From NCBI GenBank assembly GCA_027923505.1, contig BROI01000001.1:2232001-2296000 (forward strand): a stretch of DNA of 64,000 nt, written 5' to 3'. A program made the position numbers and the translations under genes. The notes beneath the pieces were generated by a model. It searched no databases, was not told the origin of the DNA, and saw only the letters and a list, made by a program, of their open reading frames with translations. The DNA is from Mayamaea pseudoterrestris. Taxonomy: Eukaryota. Below are positions 33,755-46,228 of the stretch, in pieces; positions within the stretch are counted from its first letter, which is position 1; each line of letters opens with the position of its first letter.

Positions 33755-34061
33755 ACGACACCATCAAAAATTACCTAGCGCCTCAATCCTCAACTGTCAA
33801 GATCAAAAGGACCTGGTCAATTCTACCGACGATGGCCAACAAATACAATAGCAAAAGCAGCCAAAGAAACAAGAGATGCGTTGCCTTTAGCGGTTTGGGG
33901 GGAAAGCAAAGCGAAAAAAGACGACTGCAGCGCTGAGATTTCGTCACTGAGACTCGCTGTCCATTTCCCTCTCCTCTTGAGCAGCCCAAAATCGTCAATT
34001 ATTAACGAGTAAGACGAAAGAAACTCCACGCTCATTCATTACTACACATAAACATCTAAAT

Positions 34062-37000
34062 ATGCCAGTCGAATCGTTTGAGCAACTCATTGGAGCCGCT
34101 GGAGATGTCAAGGAGCTTGAGTACATTAGCGCCCTCCATCAGACGGATTGCGATGAACTACGACGCGACTGCAGCATTCAAGCCGATGACATTCGACTAT
34201 TTTTACGGAGTAGATATGGGATTGTTGTTGAGACGGAAACGGTTCACTCCGTCATTATGAGTGGACTTGGTGGTGGGAGTGGAAAGGCTAGTAGCAAAAT
34301 GAACAACGGTAACGAAGCGGACGATGAGGTGATTGATTTGATGGAACTGGTTGCTTTACTAATGATTCCAACACTACTCAAAGCACGTTTGCAGCAACTC
34401 CAGGATTCACTACCAGAGGGTGTCATCAAGCCTCCGCATGGACTGCTGGAATATGTTTTGAAGATTATACTGCATGACACGACAGGATGTTCAGCCTTCA
34501 AGCCGCTTGACGCGGATCTGCTCAAGGCAATCCTCATTTCCTACGGAGAAGACGACTTGGCTTCCAACGAAGATCTCATTGAAGACATGCTAGCAGCCAC
34601 GAATGGAGCGACCAAGCTCGACACTAATGCATTTGCGGATGGTCTTACTGGAGACGTGCAACTATTTGACATCAACAATGAGGCTCGACTGACCACGCTC
34701 TATGAAGATGTTTTTGTCGCCAAGGAGGAAACGGAGATTTCAGCTCGAAGGTACAAGTTTGGTGTAGCGAAATCCAACGATCCCGAGTCGGGTGGACATG
34801 AAGACGGAATGAAACATAATGGCGATTCGCCACAACAGTCATTCACACGGAATTGGATGGCCCCGTCCATTGACGTGACGGCCGACTTGTATCGCAGCAA
34901 AATGTTGGTTGTCTTTCTCTGGTCGACCATTGTCATATCGTATTTCGCCTACGTGTGGCTTGGTCAGCGCATGAGAATGGGAGGCGGCTGCGAGTGTCGG
35001 GGCCTGTATAATTATACGTACACTGGCTCATATAAGGAAAACTCGGATGTTATTATCTGCGAACTATCGGTTCAGGTAGCCAAGTGGATCCTCTTGTTCA
35101 CAATTCTTTCCATTGTCGGGCTCACTCTTGTCACTGTGGGTTCCATTGGTAACTATGTGGGTAGTCCATGGTGGCAGCCGCTCATTGGTGGAACTCTTGT
35201 GCTTTTATTTTCAGTGATTCCATTTGCGAGTAACATTTCTGGTCCCAGCATGCTTAACGCGGCAGACGTTGACGATGACAACGCCCTTTACGTCGACGAG
35301 TGCAGTACTACAAGCACGACGACTGACCAGCCGCAACTAGAAAATCAATACTTGGCTACCATGGCACTGGTCCTCGGCGTCATTACAGCAGCATTTCATT
35401 TTGCCCACGTTTTTAGTGCGCTCATGCCAAAAGGATGCTTCCGCAACGCGCCACTGCTCACGTCGCTACTTTCCGCGGGCACCAAGTTTGGTGAAATGCA
35501 TACCAAACAGGCAGGGTCGTACAAGCTGGCGCAAATGACAAAGAATGCGCTTGATGTAATGCGCGTCAATGATGAAAGCACATCAACGTTAAACACGCAC
35601 TTTGCGCAAGGATTGGGCGAATTTGCAAAGACCAGTCGCAAATACCGGACCGTTGGGGGATTCGTTTGGACATGGAAGCACTTATGGAACAACACTGCGT
35701 ACAGAAATGATGGAATTTGGCTATCAACTCGCATGATATCAAGTAATATTGCACAGTGGATCGTTTCCATGTACGTTTTGTTTCGGGGAGTGAAGCTGAC
35801 GAAGCGAGTCGCTTCGGACTACCAAGATGAGGTAACAAAGCGTAAAATGTTGGCATGGACTAGCCAAATGATGGATCCATCGGTGGAAGCTGCGTTGGCT
35901 TCTACGACGAGCGGCACGGCTATTTCCCTAATGAGTCAGTACTTAGCAAGTGAGACAAATTTAATTGCGCTCGATTGCCCAACAAGCTCAGGTGCTGAAC
36001 TTTTTGACGAGTACTGCTTCAAAGTCGGAGAGCAGTACGAATGTAACCTGCCTAATTGGCCGCCAGTCTGTGCCTTGCTGGTCAACACGAGCGATCTGAG
36101 TGATGCACAGGCAGCAGCGCTGCTTGATGCATCTGGTTTTGATTCGCAAGCGATTGAAAATGCCACCAGCGTGGCACTGCAACAGGCGACGGATCAAACT
36201 TTTGATCAATTTTATCCGGCTGAACAGTATATGGTGACTGTCCCAGTCGCCATCGCCGCAGGTAAGAATGAAGGCGGTATTAATAGCTCGCTCGCGACAT
36301 ATTGCCCCTTGCACTAACACCCCACTAACATCCGAAAATAGCTTTTGCATTCATGACAGCTGTGTATTTGTCACTGGCCTACATCCCATCCGTTTGCAAG
36401 ACGATATTGATGTTACGATGCGGCGCCATTAAGACGATGCGCGACCCAAAGTTCATTCAATATCGTCAAGCACCTGATCAGGTGAGCATCCTTACTGGAT
36501 CACTATTTTGGGGTGCTTACTTCTCAAGCATTCTGGTTGGAGCGGTGCTTGGACTACTCGTCTTTTTCTTCCTTTGGCAAGAGACGCTTTACTTTGCGCA
36601 ACGTGCCATTGCTCTGGTAGTCGGTTTTCTTGTGATTACACTCATTCGCCTCATTTTGGTGTGTTCATGCCGATGCAGCATGTACAAGGCATTCTATCGT
36701 AAGCGACCCGCGCTTGCCAACTTTACATTGCTCGGTATGTTACTTTCTATTAGCCAATTCGACAAGTCAATGTGCCACCGCCCAGCTCACATTACTCTTT
36801 CGCAGCTCTCGAGTGGACAAATTTTGCCCTGTCCGCCGGTTTCATTTTCGTTCGCATGATCAAGTTGCTTCTGGCAGCAGCAGCCTCCATAGGACGCATC
36901 GATCGGCCGTTCCTGGCGCATGGCGTTGGCCGCGTTGGTCCCATTGAGTTGGACAACTATCCCATTGTCCACACTAAAGACATTCTTAGTCATGAAGCAC

Positions 37001-37527
37001 ATCGTCATCCATATATCGAGTTACTGGGCGTCATTTATATGATGAAGCTTCGATGTGGAGATGACTTTGGCGACAGAGCAGGTAGTACATGGAGATTGCT
37101 TTTTGTATATGCCCTCTTTCCGTGGTTACATCAGTATCGGGTCAAGGCCCGGCCTGAATTGCTACATGCGTTACGTCCTGGATTGTCGGAGGTTGGACGG
37201 GCTTCGACGATGCGACTACAATATTTGAGTGTCCGTCGGATTGTTGACATTGACTTGTATGACGAGCTTGCTGTTGACGACGAGGGCAATGAGTCACAGC
37301 CAATAGAGGCAGCTGCGTGTGCTTTTCGAGGAGAAGACTCTGATGAGGGATTGCCCAAAAGAGCGAGCTCGCTTGCCGTGGACTCGAATGAGGCTCCGAC
37401 CAACGAAGAGTCGCTTGGCCCAGGCGCTTTCAGTTCACCGGGCGCGGACAATGACGAGTACATTCGCCAATTGGAAGAAGAAGTTACGCGTCTTAATAAG
37501 GAGCTCAAACAGGCAAAGCAAATGTAG
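34062..37527 (+). CDS. Large multi-pass membrane protein with STRA6-like C-terminal half; exons 34062-36261, 36342-36734, 36806-37527
   Basis: Many TM segments; two GT-AG introns restore the frame; C-terminal GRID...LD...HEAHRHP...WRLLFVYALFPWL resembles the STRA6/RBP-receptor family (by eye). Confidence 0.75.
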
Positions 37528-37966
37528 GAGTTGGTGAATCTCCAAGAATTCATTTGAGATTTGCCAGTGACATTTATGGCATCCACTAGATCCACACAGT
37601 TTCGGCTCAGCGCTTTGTATATTTAAGCTCTGCAGGCCAGAATAACATTGCTTAATTCCCACGCTTGTCCATTGGCATATTAGCAGCTAACTTGCTATTG
37701 CATTTGAGTGAATCCTATGTAGCTTACTTCAGAAGTCGCGAGTTTACCTGCCTCGTCGTTCCGTCGGACGCTCCTCTGTATCCCATTAAAACTGGTCATA
37801 TACATGCATCCCTTCTCTGTTATAACTACGCAGTAATGTATTGGTAAGAGTACCGCACTGTTTGTTGTGGCGGTTTGGCCGATAAGGAGGTACAGTACCG
37901 GTAGCTAGCGACAAAGCATGCACGTCGCATCGGTAATGATTTTCGTAGCTGCGCATCGACTCGCCC

Positions 37967-39727
37967 ATGGACACATGGATGAAGACGAATGATCGAGCGG
38001 CCCTTCTCTTGTTAAATTTGTCACGTACTGAAATCAGTGACCGTTTAGTGGTAATGATTTCGCAAGCATTTTTCGACGATGTTTGCCTCGAAAACGCCGA
38101 GCTGCTTGGCTTGTCGAACGACGACGCCGTGACGGAAACCTTGCAGCAGCTGGGAGCAGAAAAGTGCGCGTACTTGGTTCAGACCTTTCCTTCCGAAGAT
38201 TGTCTTGAGCGTCGAGCAAGGCGCGACTTTTTGACAAGTCTGGAACGGCTCTCGACGATGACTGATGGTGCTGGTGTCGACGGACAAGAACCGAATGGCT
38301 GTAGCTTGAATCAACCATTGCAAGCGCATTATTCAGATGCAAATGACACTGCTCAGCTGCTCATGAAGGACTTGAAAAGAATTCAGAAGCATTTGGAAGA
38401 GGATTATCAAGTCTATATCTTCCTATTTGAAGCAAATCGAGGCGTCGAACGTTTGGCAAAACATTTGTCGGACGATTCCGACGTGCTGCATCTCCAGCAG
38501 CAAGCATTAGCCACGCTCTTGATTGTCTTGCAAAAGCCTTCCATGTCTTTGCGTCAGCAGCTACAAGACTCTGCACTCCAAATGTCTCTTATCAAGTGGT
38601 TCAAAGCGACTTGGACAAAGGCTACAGCGAATGGCGTCGACCAAAAGCAATCGGACGATTTACGAAACAATCTACTCACCCTTGTCTATCACTCATGCAA
38701 GGGCAACCAGTTCGTAAAGCACGTTTGGATGCAGGATGCACAGAAACCAACGCTAGCTAATCTCTTGGTTGAAACGCTCTCTCAGTCATTGCCGCCAGCT
38801 CGCTTGGTAAAGACTGCTTGCCAGCTTTTGACGGTGCTTGGCACATTCGACGACTCATCCAGTACGAACCGCAACGACCCATCCATTGCAACGTCTCATT
38901 CGCATGTCCAAACATTGTATGCGGCTGGAGTGTTGAATGCATTGAAGCATGTGTTACAAATGGAAGAAAATCAAGAGGTAAACGCAACGACGACGAGTAT
39001 TATCAACGCGATTCGGTGCTTGGCGGTTCACAACGACATTGTGCAAGCCATTGTGTCCAACGGCATATTACAGCGAGTGGTTGACATTTTCCAAAAACAA
39101 GTTGAAAGTATGGACGAGGAAAGGAAGGACGAAGCAAATAAACGAGAGCATAGCAGAACGGCCGACATTGATCAGCTACTGCTTCTGGCTGCTTGTCTCG
39201 GATTCTTTCGCAATGTTTGTGCCAATGACGACTTAAAGTATAAGTTATGCGCCGGTACCATGTCGATTGCTGCTCCCATGATCAATTGCATGCAACTGGG
39301 CATGGCGCTCCCTTCGTTGCAGGAGCATGCTATTGGGACAATGGCCGCCATGGCACTTCGACAACCGCAGAACGCAGCCTTCTTGATTGCCTCTCAAGGA
39401 GCACCCAACATAGTGCAAGCCATGCGAAAGTATCCAAATCGATCGAGTCTGCAGCGGCAAGGGTGTTTGGCAATTCGAAATTTGGCGAGCCGGGCAGAAG
39501 CGGCGCAGAAGGAGGATTTGCTGGCACTGACGCGCGAGACGCTACAGACAATCGCCGCCAAGCATTTGGAGTGCCAAGATGAAGTGTACGCTGCTCTTCG
39601 GGAGATGGGAGTTCATCAAGCACATGTTTTTGCCGTACAAGATGCTGAAACTGGAGCTGTGCTTTTACAAGAGCGGCTTGCGTTCGGTCAAGGACACAAT
39701 GCTAATTTTCGATCAGTTTACGAGTAA
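37967..39727 (+). CDS. ARMC6: Armadillo repeat protein (ARMC6-like)
   Basis: ISQAFFDDVCLEN...L...DAV.ETLQQL N-terminal motif; ARM repeats; MALRQPQN, LQRQGCLAIRNLASR, AALREMG. Confidence 0.8.
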   Translation: MDTWMKTNDRAALLLLNLSRTEISDRLVVMISQAFFDDVCLENAELLGLSNDDAVTETLQQLGAEKCAYLVQTFPSEDCLERRARRDFLTSLERLSTMTDGAGVDGQEPNGCSLNQPLQAHYSDANDTAQLLMKDLKRIQKHLEEDYQVYIFLFEANRGVERLAKHLSDDSDVLHLQQQALATLLIVLQKPSMSLRQQLQDSALQMSLIKWFKATWTKATANGVDQKQSDDLRNNLLTLVYHSCKGNQFVKHVWMQDAQKPTLANLLVETLSQSLPPARLVKTACQLLTVLGTFDDSSSTNRNDPSIATSHSHVQTLYAAGVLNALKHVLQMEENQEVNATTTSIINAIRCLAVHNDIVQAIVSNGILQRVVDIFQKQVESMDEERKDEANKREHSRTADIDQLLLLAACLGFFRNVCANDDLKYKLCAGTMSIAAPMINCMQLGMALPSLQEHAIGTMAAMALRQPQNAAFLIASQGAPNIVQAMRKYPNRSSLQRQGCLAIRNLASRAEAAQKEDLLALTRETLQTIAAKHLECQDEVYAALREMGVHQAHVFAVQDAETGAVLLQERLAFGQGHNANFRSVYE

Positions 39728-39814
39728 ATTATACTTCAAGAATGATGGTTATATAGTAAATTTTTATATCAGACGGATGAAATAGGTAGCAAACATCAAT
39801 TAACCGTTTCGCAT

Positions 39815-42800
39815 TTACGCGTGCAGTGCCCTTTCCTGCTCTTCAACCGGCTCACAGATCCAGTCCAACAGCTCATCGCCCGACATATTGCGCAAATCCA
39901 CCTTGTTCCAGGAACCAGGTCGGCCTGCTGCTGCATCTGCAATCTTGGAATAGGCAACGGCAAACTCACGTCGAATCCGATGATAGTCCCCGCCACGAAG
40001 GACATGAGCGACATCGTAAAATGTCTCGAACGGGTCTTCAATAGTCAATGCAGCGCTGTAATTTCTCCAACAGTCAACCTCAGTCTTTACTTCCCGCTGC
40101 ACCAAACCACGGGTTGCGGTCGAATGTAGTGATACGACGCATTTTCTATAGTCAAATTCGAAGGCGTAGTAACGAAAGAATGAAGCGAGCAGAATAGCAA
40201 GCGAAAGGTCTTGGCCATGGAAAATGTTTTGTAAAAAGGCCTTGTCCGTGGGCGTATCCGGTTTGTAGAATAATGTGTTGACAGTTTGACCTTCTTCAAA
40301 TGGGTGCGGGATCAAATTTTCCGACATCGCAGGTGCTTCGCGATAAGGTGTGCCAGGTGGTTGCTTAGGCCAAGTACGATCCACCCATTGTAAATTAGGC
40401 AGCAGCGGTCGGCCTTGTTGGTCTGGCTTGTCGCGATAATTATGATCACCTTCCGACGGGGCAATTGGCACAACAAGTCCCTTGTCGTTGCGCTTGTGGA
40501 ACGTAAGAAAATGGAGTAGCATGAGAATGTATCCATAGCTGCTCAATGTATGACGAGAAGGATTGTTAATGTCTCGCTCCTTGGCCCATCGCTTGATTAT
40601 TGCTGCCAAAACCCGCGTAATTGGCGTGATTTCGGCGTAAGTGCGTAACAGCGAAGTGTTTAGCACAGCAAGTGGATTGTGCATGGAAATGTCGCATTCA
40701 ATGAGTTTGGTATCTTCTGGACAACTTGGCAAAGGATTCGGACAAAAGAACCGAATAATGGGAATGCGCGCCGACAAGCGCGCCGCATCAACCTCCTGCA
40801 TGCCGGCAGCGGTTAAACAAGTGGCAAGCCTCTCCATAGCTGTCGATCCAGAAGTGTCGTCCTTCGAAAATTCAAAGCCTGACGGAAGAATCAACGACAT
40901 GTCGATATCTGAGTTTGGCGATCCAAAACCATTTGCAGACGAGCCAAAAATGACAACTCTCGTGCCAGGAGGAAAAGCCCCACTTGCAGTGACAATCTGC
41001 TCTGCCCTCGCGCGTATCATTTCTCGAATTCGCGTCACACGCTCTTCGTCGTCATACAACTCGCGAAAGAATTTTCCCATAGCTGTCGACATGTTGTTGA
41101 GAATTACGACAGCTCCAGCGTCCATCGATCGCTGGTTTGTTGCAGCTCGAGGATAAAGGATGTCCTCAAGGAAGTATGTGTTGGGTTCAAATTGTAGGTT
41201 TCGAAGCTGCATCTTTGTGCGACACTGCGCAAAAGCATTAAAATCGTCAACCGAGACATTGTTCGGAAGATCTCTCAGCGCATCGGACCAAAGCCTTGAC
41301 GATTCATTCGGAATAGCGAATTCTTCCGACAAAGGGCACCAAAGCTGATACTCGACCCGCAATCTGGCCATCATATCGCGGCGCAACAATATTGACATCG
41401 AGGAATTGTTGACTGCCGCTCGAAGAATACTGGCAAAAGCAAGCTGTGCGTCCCTCCACTTGCGCAGGTTGGATGCTCTACCACTCATCAACTGTCGCGT
41501 CTTCTCGCGCAAGGAAGTAACCGCTTCGTCTTCGACGCCATCGTGAGCCTTGCCAGAAGTGTGCGACTTGGCGTCATCGCCTTCTACTTGCGCCTTCAAT
41601 CCATCGACTGCAAACTCAAGCTCCTCCATCTTGCTGCATGTCTTAGAATATTCGTTATTGCAAACTTCAATTACTTTTCTAGACTCTTGTATGCAACCCC
41701 ACAATGCGCGTGCAGCTGACTCGTTCGGTAACGTCAGCGGCGCCTCTAAAACTTGTGCAAGCGAAATTAACGACGACAGTGATGTTGGGTTGGTTTTCTT
41801 GGCTTTAAAATTGCTTAAAATAAAACGAACACTGTTGTCAAAATCCTGTTCCGTCACTTGGACCAATATGGCAGGACCAGATGCCAGTGTACGCGCAGGA
41901 TCGTCATGCCAGTACAGACGCAACAACACGTTACCCGGTGTCCTTGGACTGAAAAAAGGCAATTTTCCGCACACCATCTGAGTAGCAGCGTCAATGCCGT
42001 AGTCGCTGCGCTCCGTCACGAACTTGCTGATAATGGACGCCTGCGTCGCATTCTCCGAGCAGCCACGACGAAACAAGCCGACTGCCAGATTCTTCAGCGC
42101 ATTGTCAAGACTTTTCGCCGGGCGAGCTTGTTGCAAGTACTTTATCGGAAGGCTCCAGTGCGCAAACAATTCCTCGCGTGGCCGAAATTTTAAGACAAAC
42201 GTTGGATCATGCCCATCCCAGCCATTCACAATAATTCGTCCAGGCTGTTCCTTGAAATGTGTCCACAATCTCGTTGGCTGGGGCTTAGCCGGTGTCTTTC
42301 TCAGCTGCTGTTCCGGGGATTTAGCATGGGTTGGGGTTGTGGGGTGCAGCGATATTGAAGCAACCTTGCTACCTCGAGCAGGAGTTGTCGCTTCTGCCAT
42401 GGGAGTAGCAGGTACCGTGGCGGCAGATTTATTGCTAGGGTGAGAGCCAGGCCGGCCTTGTTGATCAAGCATGGATCCTGCAGTGTTTGGCGGCATATGA
42501 ATTGGATCCAAGTGCATGGCAGACGGCGCTGAACCACCACCAACTTGCGTCAAAAAGTTACGCTCACTGTCGCTAATGTTGCGGGGTTGATTAAGAAAGG
42601 AATGAGCGAGAAAGTCATCACTGCTGGACGACGTTGCGGCTGCAGCCGCCCAAGAGCCGCTCGAGCCAGGCTTGCGATCGCCTGCATTTGCGCTTCCTCC
42701 GGCAACGGCGATCGGCTTGTTTGTGCGCGGAGGTGTAATAGGCGAAGCGCCCCAAATGGATTGCATCGCAGCCATGGACTCGTTATTGTTGATGCTGTTG

Positions 42801-43602
42801 TTGGTGTTTATGCTCATGTTTTTCAAGTTTGCAGCAAGCGTGTTTGGAGACGTAATCATCGGCTGCTGCTGCTGAATGGGAATAGGGCTTTCAACACGGT
42901 CAGGAGCAAGGAACGAAGGGAGAGGAGCATCGCCAAAGAGCGAGGATGGGTCCAATCGGTGCATGTTGTTTGAAATATTTGGATTAAGATTCGTCATGTG
43001 AGGTTGATTTGAGTATCCTTGATTAGCGACCTGCGAATGCTGCAGCTGCTGCTGCCGCATCTGCTGCATTTGAAGTTCTTGAACATCAGGCTGATACCTG
43101 GGCGAAGAAAGTGGTTCATTTACAAGCGCTGTTCCTAGTTGCTGTTGTTGCTGTCCTTCAATAAGTGCACGCGCAGCCTTGATAAAAGTAGCTTGATCTC
43201 GCGTCGTCTGGTAAGCTTCGTGTATTCTAAAGGCCTCTGGATTGTCTCCTCTGAGAAATGGCATGAATGCAATTAAAATATCCTTCATAAAGAGATAAAA
43301 GATAGAACGTTAGCCAGCATGAATTTATTCACTGTCAAAAGTAATGGCTGTAGGTCGCATTCTATTCATTCCACAGCAGTACTCACCTCATCTCGTATAC
43401 CTGTATTATTTGCTGCCGAATCCTCATTTACATAATTGCTGCTTCCTCTAGGACTTGATCCATCCACGCTGTCCGTGCTTGTTCGCTGCTGCCGGTTGCG
43501 GCCATTGTTGCTGCGACGGTTGTTGGACCTTCCTCCTCCGCCGCCGCCTCTTCCGCCGTTTGGGCGACGACGCTGCCCTCCCGCTTGCGGAGTACTAGAC
43601 AT
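39815..43602 (-). CDS. Terminal uridylyltransferase / non-canonical poly(A) polymerase (Cid1/TUT family); exons 43387-43602 and 39815-43282
   Basis: FGSSANGFGSPNSDIDM, ARIPII, CDIS, NTSLL, IKRWAK...TLSSYGY, IEDPFE...H nucleotide-recognition motif; GTGAGT...CTAAC...AG intron. Confidence 0.9.
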
Positions 43603-44009
43603 GAATGAGTCACTACTCTAAAGTTCACGCTATCTTAATGGATGATAACTCTTCAAGTACTACTGTAAGAAGGATTGCTGCTGTTTTTTTTTCTTTCTGG
43701 AATCCATTGTGTCAAAGGCGAAACGGTTCGGTGGTTCCATCGTCGCGCGGAGGAGAATGAGTCGCGCAACGACATTCTGTGCGACATGCTAGACGAGCGG
43801 CTAGCATTCAACGCCCCGTTGGCAAAAGAAAGAAGCAAAGCATACAACAACAGTAGCTTTCTAAAATGATATTCTAATCATATATGTTATAATAGCCATG
43901 CAATAAAGAGACCTTGCTTGGTCGTCAAGGTCAAAAGCAGCGCCTATGTACGCTACCGTGCGCGTCAACCTCACTTGCATGTTAGCAATACTCGCCTCAC
44001 TGTCTCAGT

Positions 44010-44708
44010 TTACTCACGCCACCACGACTGCTGGTTGCGTGGCGCTCCATTCAATAGAAACGATCTTGGCGAAACAACAAAAAGGCTACCGCCGTCGACA
44101 AGCATTTGGCGCTGCTTTTCAATGCGATTTGCCAAGTGAGTGTAATCGTCATCGTCGTCGTCATCGTCGTTGTTGTCGATATTGTCAGCATTGTCAGTGA
44201 AAATGGAGACAGCTTGATGGGACAATGACAATGCATATGGATTCAGTCCCTGCCAAGGCGTACGAAATGTCTCAGATGTAATAGTCATGGGAGGAGGTAA
44301 GATTGTGGCAGGTTTGTCACTGTTGATGGTAGCTGTTGGATAGCCCAACGTCGCTTCGGATTGGAGATTCGCCATGGACGCATAAGTGTTGCAAGTCAAT
44401 CTCGTCTCGGAAGGCTTCTCTGATGGCTCGGTACACAATGTTGGGTGCTGTTCCTGTAGGTGTTGGGATTGCTCGGACAGCTGCTGCTGCTGCTGCTGCT
44501 GCAACTTTTTCTTGTTGCGCTTTCCGCCCCGACATCCGCGAGGACGATGGCTTGGGCGTTGGCGTGGACGGCTAGCGAAGGATCCGGAGCTTTCGGAGGA
44601 CGAAGTAGCTTTCAACTGCGAGTCATCAGAAAATGTCGACCAAGAGGACGACTCGTAGGTTCTGTGAAGGTGGGTGGAGGTGCTGCTGCTGCCGAGGTGC
44701 TGACTCAT
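44010..44708 (-). CDS. Hypothetical low-complexity protein (RPRGCRGG, polyQ, SLFVVSPRSFL)
   Basis: 232-aa ATG ORF; (CTG)7 at 44481-44501 encodes polyQ. Confidence 0.6.
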   Translation of the reverse strand: MSQHLGSSSTSTHLHRTYESSSWSTFSDDSQLKATSSSESSGSFASRPRQRPSHRPRGCRGGKRNKKKLQQQQQQQLSEQSQHLQEQHPTLCTEPSEKPSETRLTCNTYASMANLQSEATLGYPTATINSDKPATILPPPMTITSETFRTPWQGLNPYALSLSHQAVSIFTDNADNIDNNDDDDDDDDYTHLANRIEKQRQMLVDGGSLFVVSPRSFLLNGAPRNQQSWWRE

Positions 44709-45189
44709 AGTGCTGTGATCTAGACTGACGGTTCTTCAAAGTGGACAAGTAGTCTTTGCCTTTTGGTAAGTCTACTTGGCAACAATGGACAGTCCCTCCA
44801 CCTATAATGAATGTTGGAGGTGCGTTGATTCTGTTGGAGGCGAGTCGCCCATTTCGCCATCAATCGCTTCTTTCGAAACGTCGCTGACACAAAATTTCAA
44901 ATCGTTGCTGAAATGGCGCTTGTGCTTCCCTGATTGAACACGTCATCAAACTCGCATCATCATCAGCGGCGCGCCACGGCGAAACCGAGGCGATGACGAT
45001 GGTGCAAGGCAACTCATCAAGTCGAAAGACCACCTCTAGCAGCTGCAACACGGCTGGTAGCATTAGTCACATAACGTAGAAACATTCAACTCCAAGTCAG
45101 ATTGCAGACTCAGCGCATAAAGTCATCCAACTTGCCATATTTTCATCACAGTTTCTTCGGAACAAAATAATATAGTCACCTTCGTCACC

Positions 45190-45922
45190 ATGCACTTTCA
45201 ACGAACATTACTCGTCACATCTCTTCTACTCGCATCAAACTCAATAGCATCGAATGCATTTGTCGTGAGAGGCCCTACATCAAGATCTGCAAGTACTCAT
45301 TTATACGGTCTATTTGACGGAGTCAAGGAAGCCTTCAAGGCACCCGCTTTGGAGCGAAGTACGCTCAATTCGGAGCGAGAAACGCCAATCGACCGATGGA
45401 TGGGATGGAGCGTCGCTAGTGAGAATGAAGGTGTTGCAGCGACGCAGGAATCAGGTGAGTTATGCTAAAGATGATGAACGAGCGATTGTTTGCTTGCAAT
45501 CTACAATATGCTCACGTCCTTCCTTCTTTGCCTTGTTTACAGGGACAGACTTTATTGACTCAATGGACGAATCAAACTATTTGGTTGTCCAACTAACCAA
45601 GCCGATGGGCATTGTCTTTGAAGAAAATGACTCAGAATTCGGCGGCATCTTTGTTCAATCTTTGAAAGCCGGAGGTGCAGCGGCTGTGAATGGGCAGCTT
45701 CTTGAGGGAGATCAGCTAGTCGCAGTCAATGCAGAAAAGGTCTCCGGGCTACCATTTGACGATGCATTGTCCAAGATACTAGAATCGGAAGGAGACTCGG
45801 CGAGACTGACCATTTTCCGAGGCACTGCCAAGCAATTTTATGGAGCGACTGGACCGAGTCAGGCCTGGCTGGATGAATTCCTGGTAAACAAGTCGGCAGG
45901 TGCACCGCAGAGCAAGGAGTAG
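45190..45922 (+). CDS. Plastid-targeted PDZ-domain protein; intron ~45455-45542
   Basis: Signal peptide ending [14 protein letters not shown]...GGAA...[12 protein letters not shown] pattern. Confidence 0.85.
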
Positions 45923-46228
45923 AAAATTCTATCACGACCACAAAGCTAATTCTCGCAATTTATTAAAGCATTCATATCCTTGTGTACGTCGTAAATTACA
46001 ATATGTATTACAGAATGCGCTTGCTTCGCAGTAGCCTGCTGGCTTCTGTCGTCGACTTTCGCGCATGTAAGTACTGTATGTACAACGCAGTACAAACTAT
46101 ACTCATTCCATTCGATATTATAAAATGCAACTTAGAAAACTAAACGCCATTGGCTAAATGTTACTGCTAGCCACAGCGATAAATTTATACTAGCGGCGAA
46201 ACGACGTTAACCGCCCTTCAGCTCTCGA

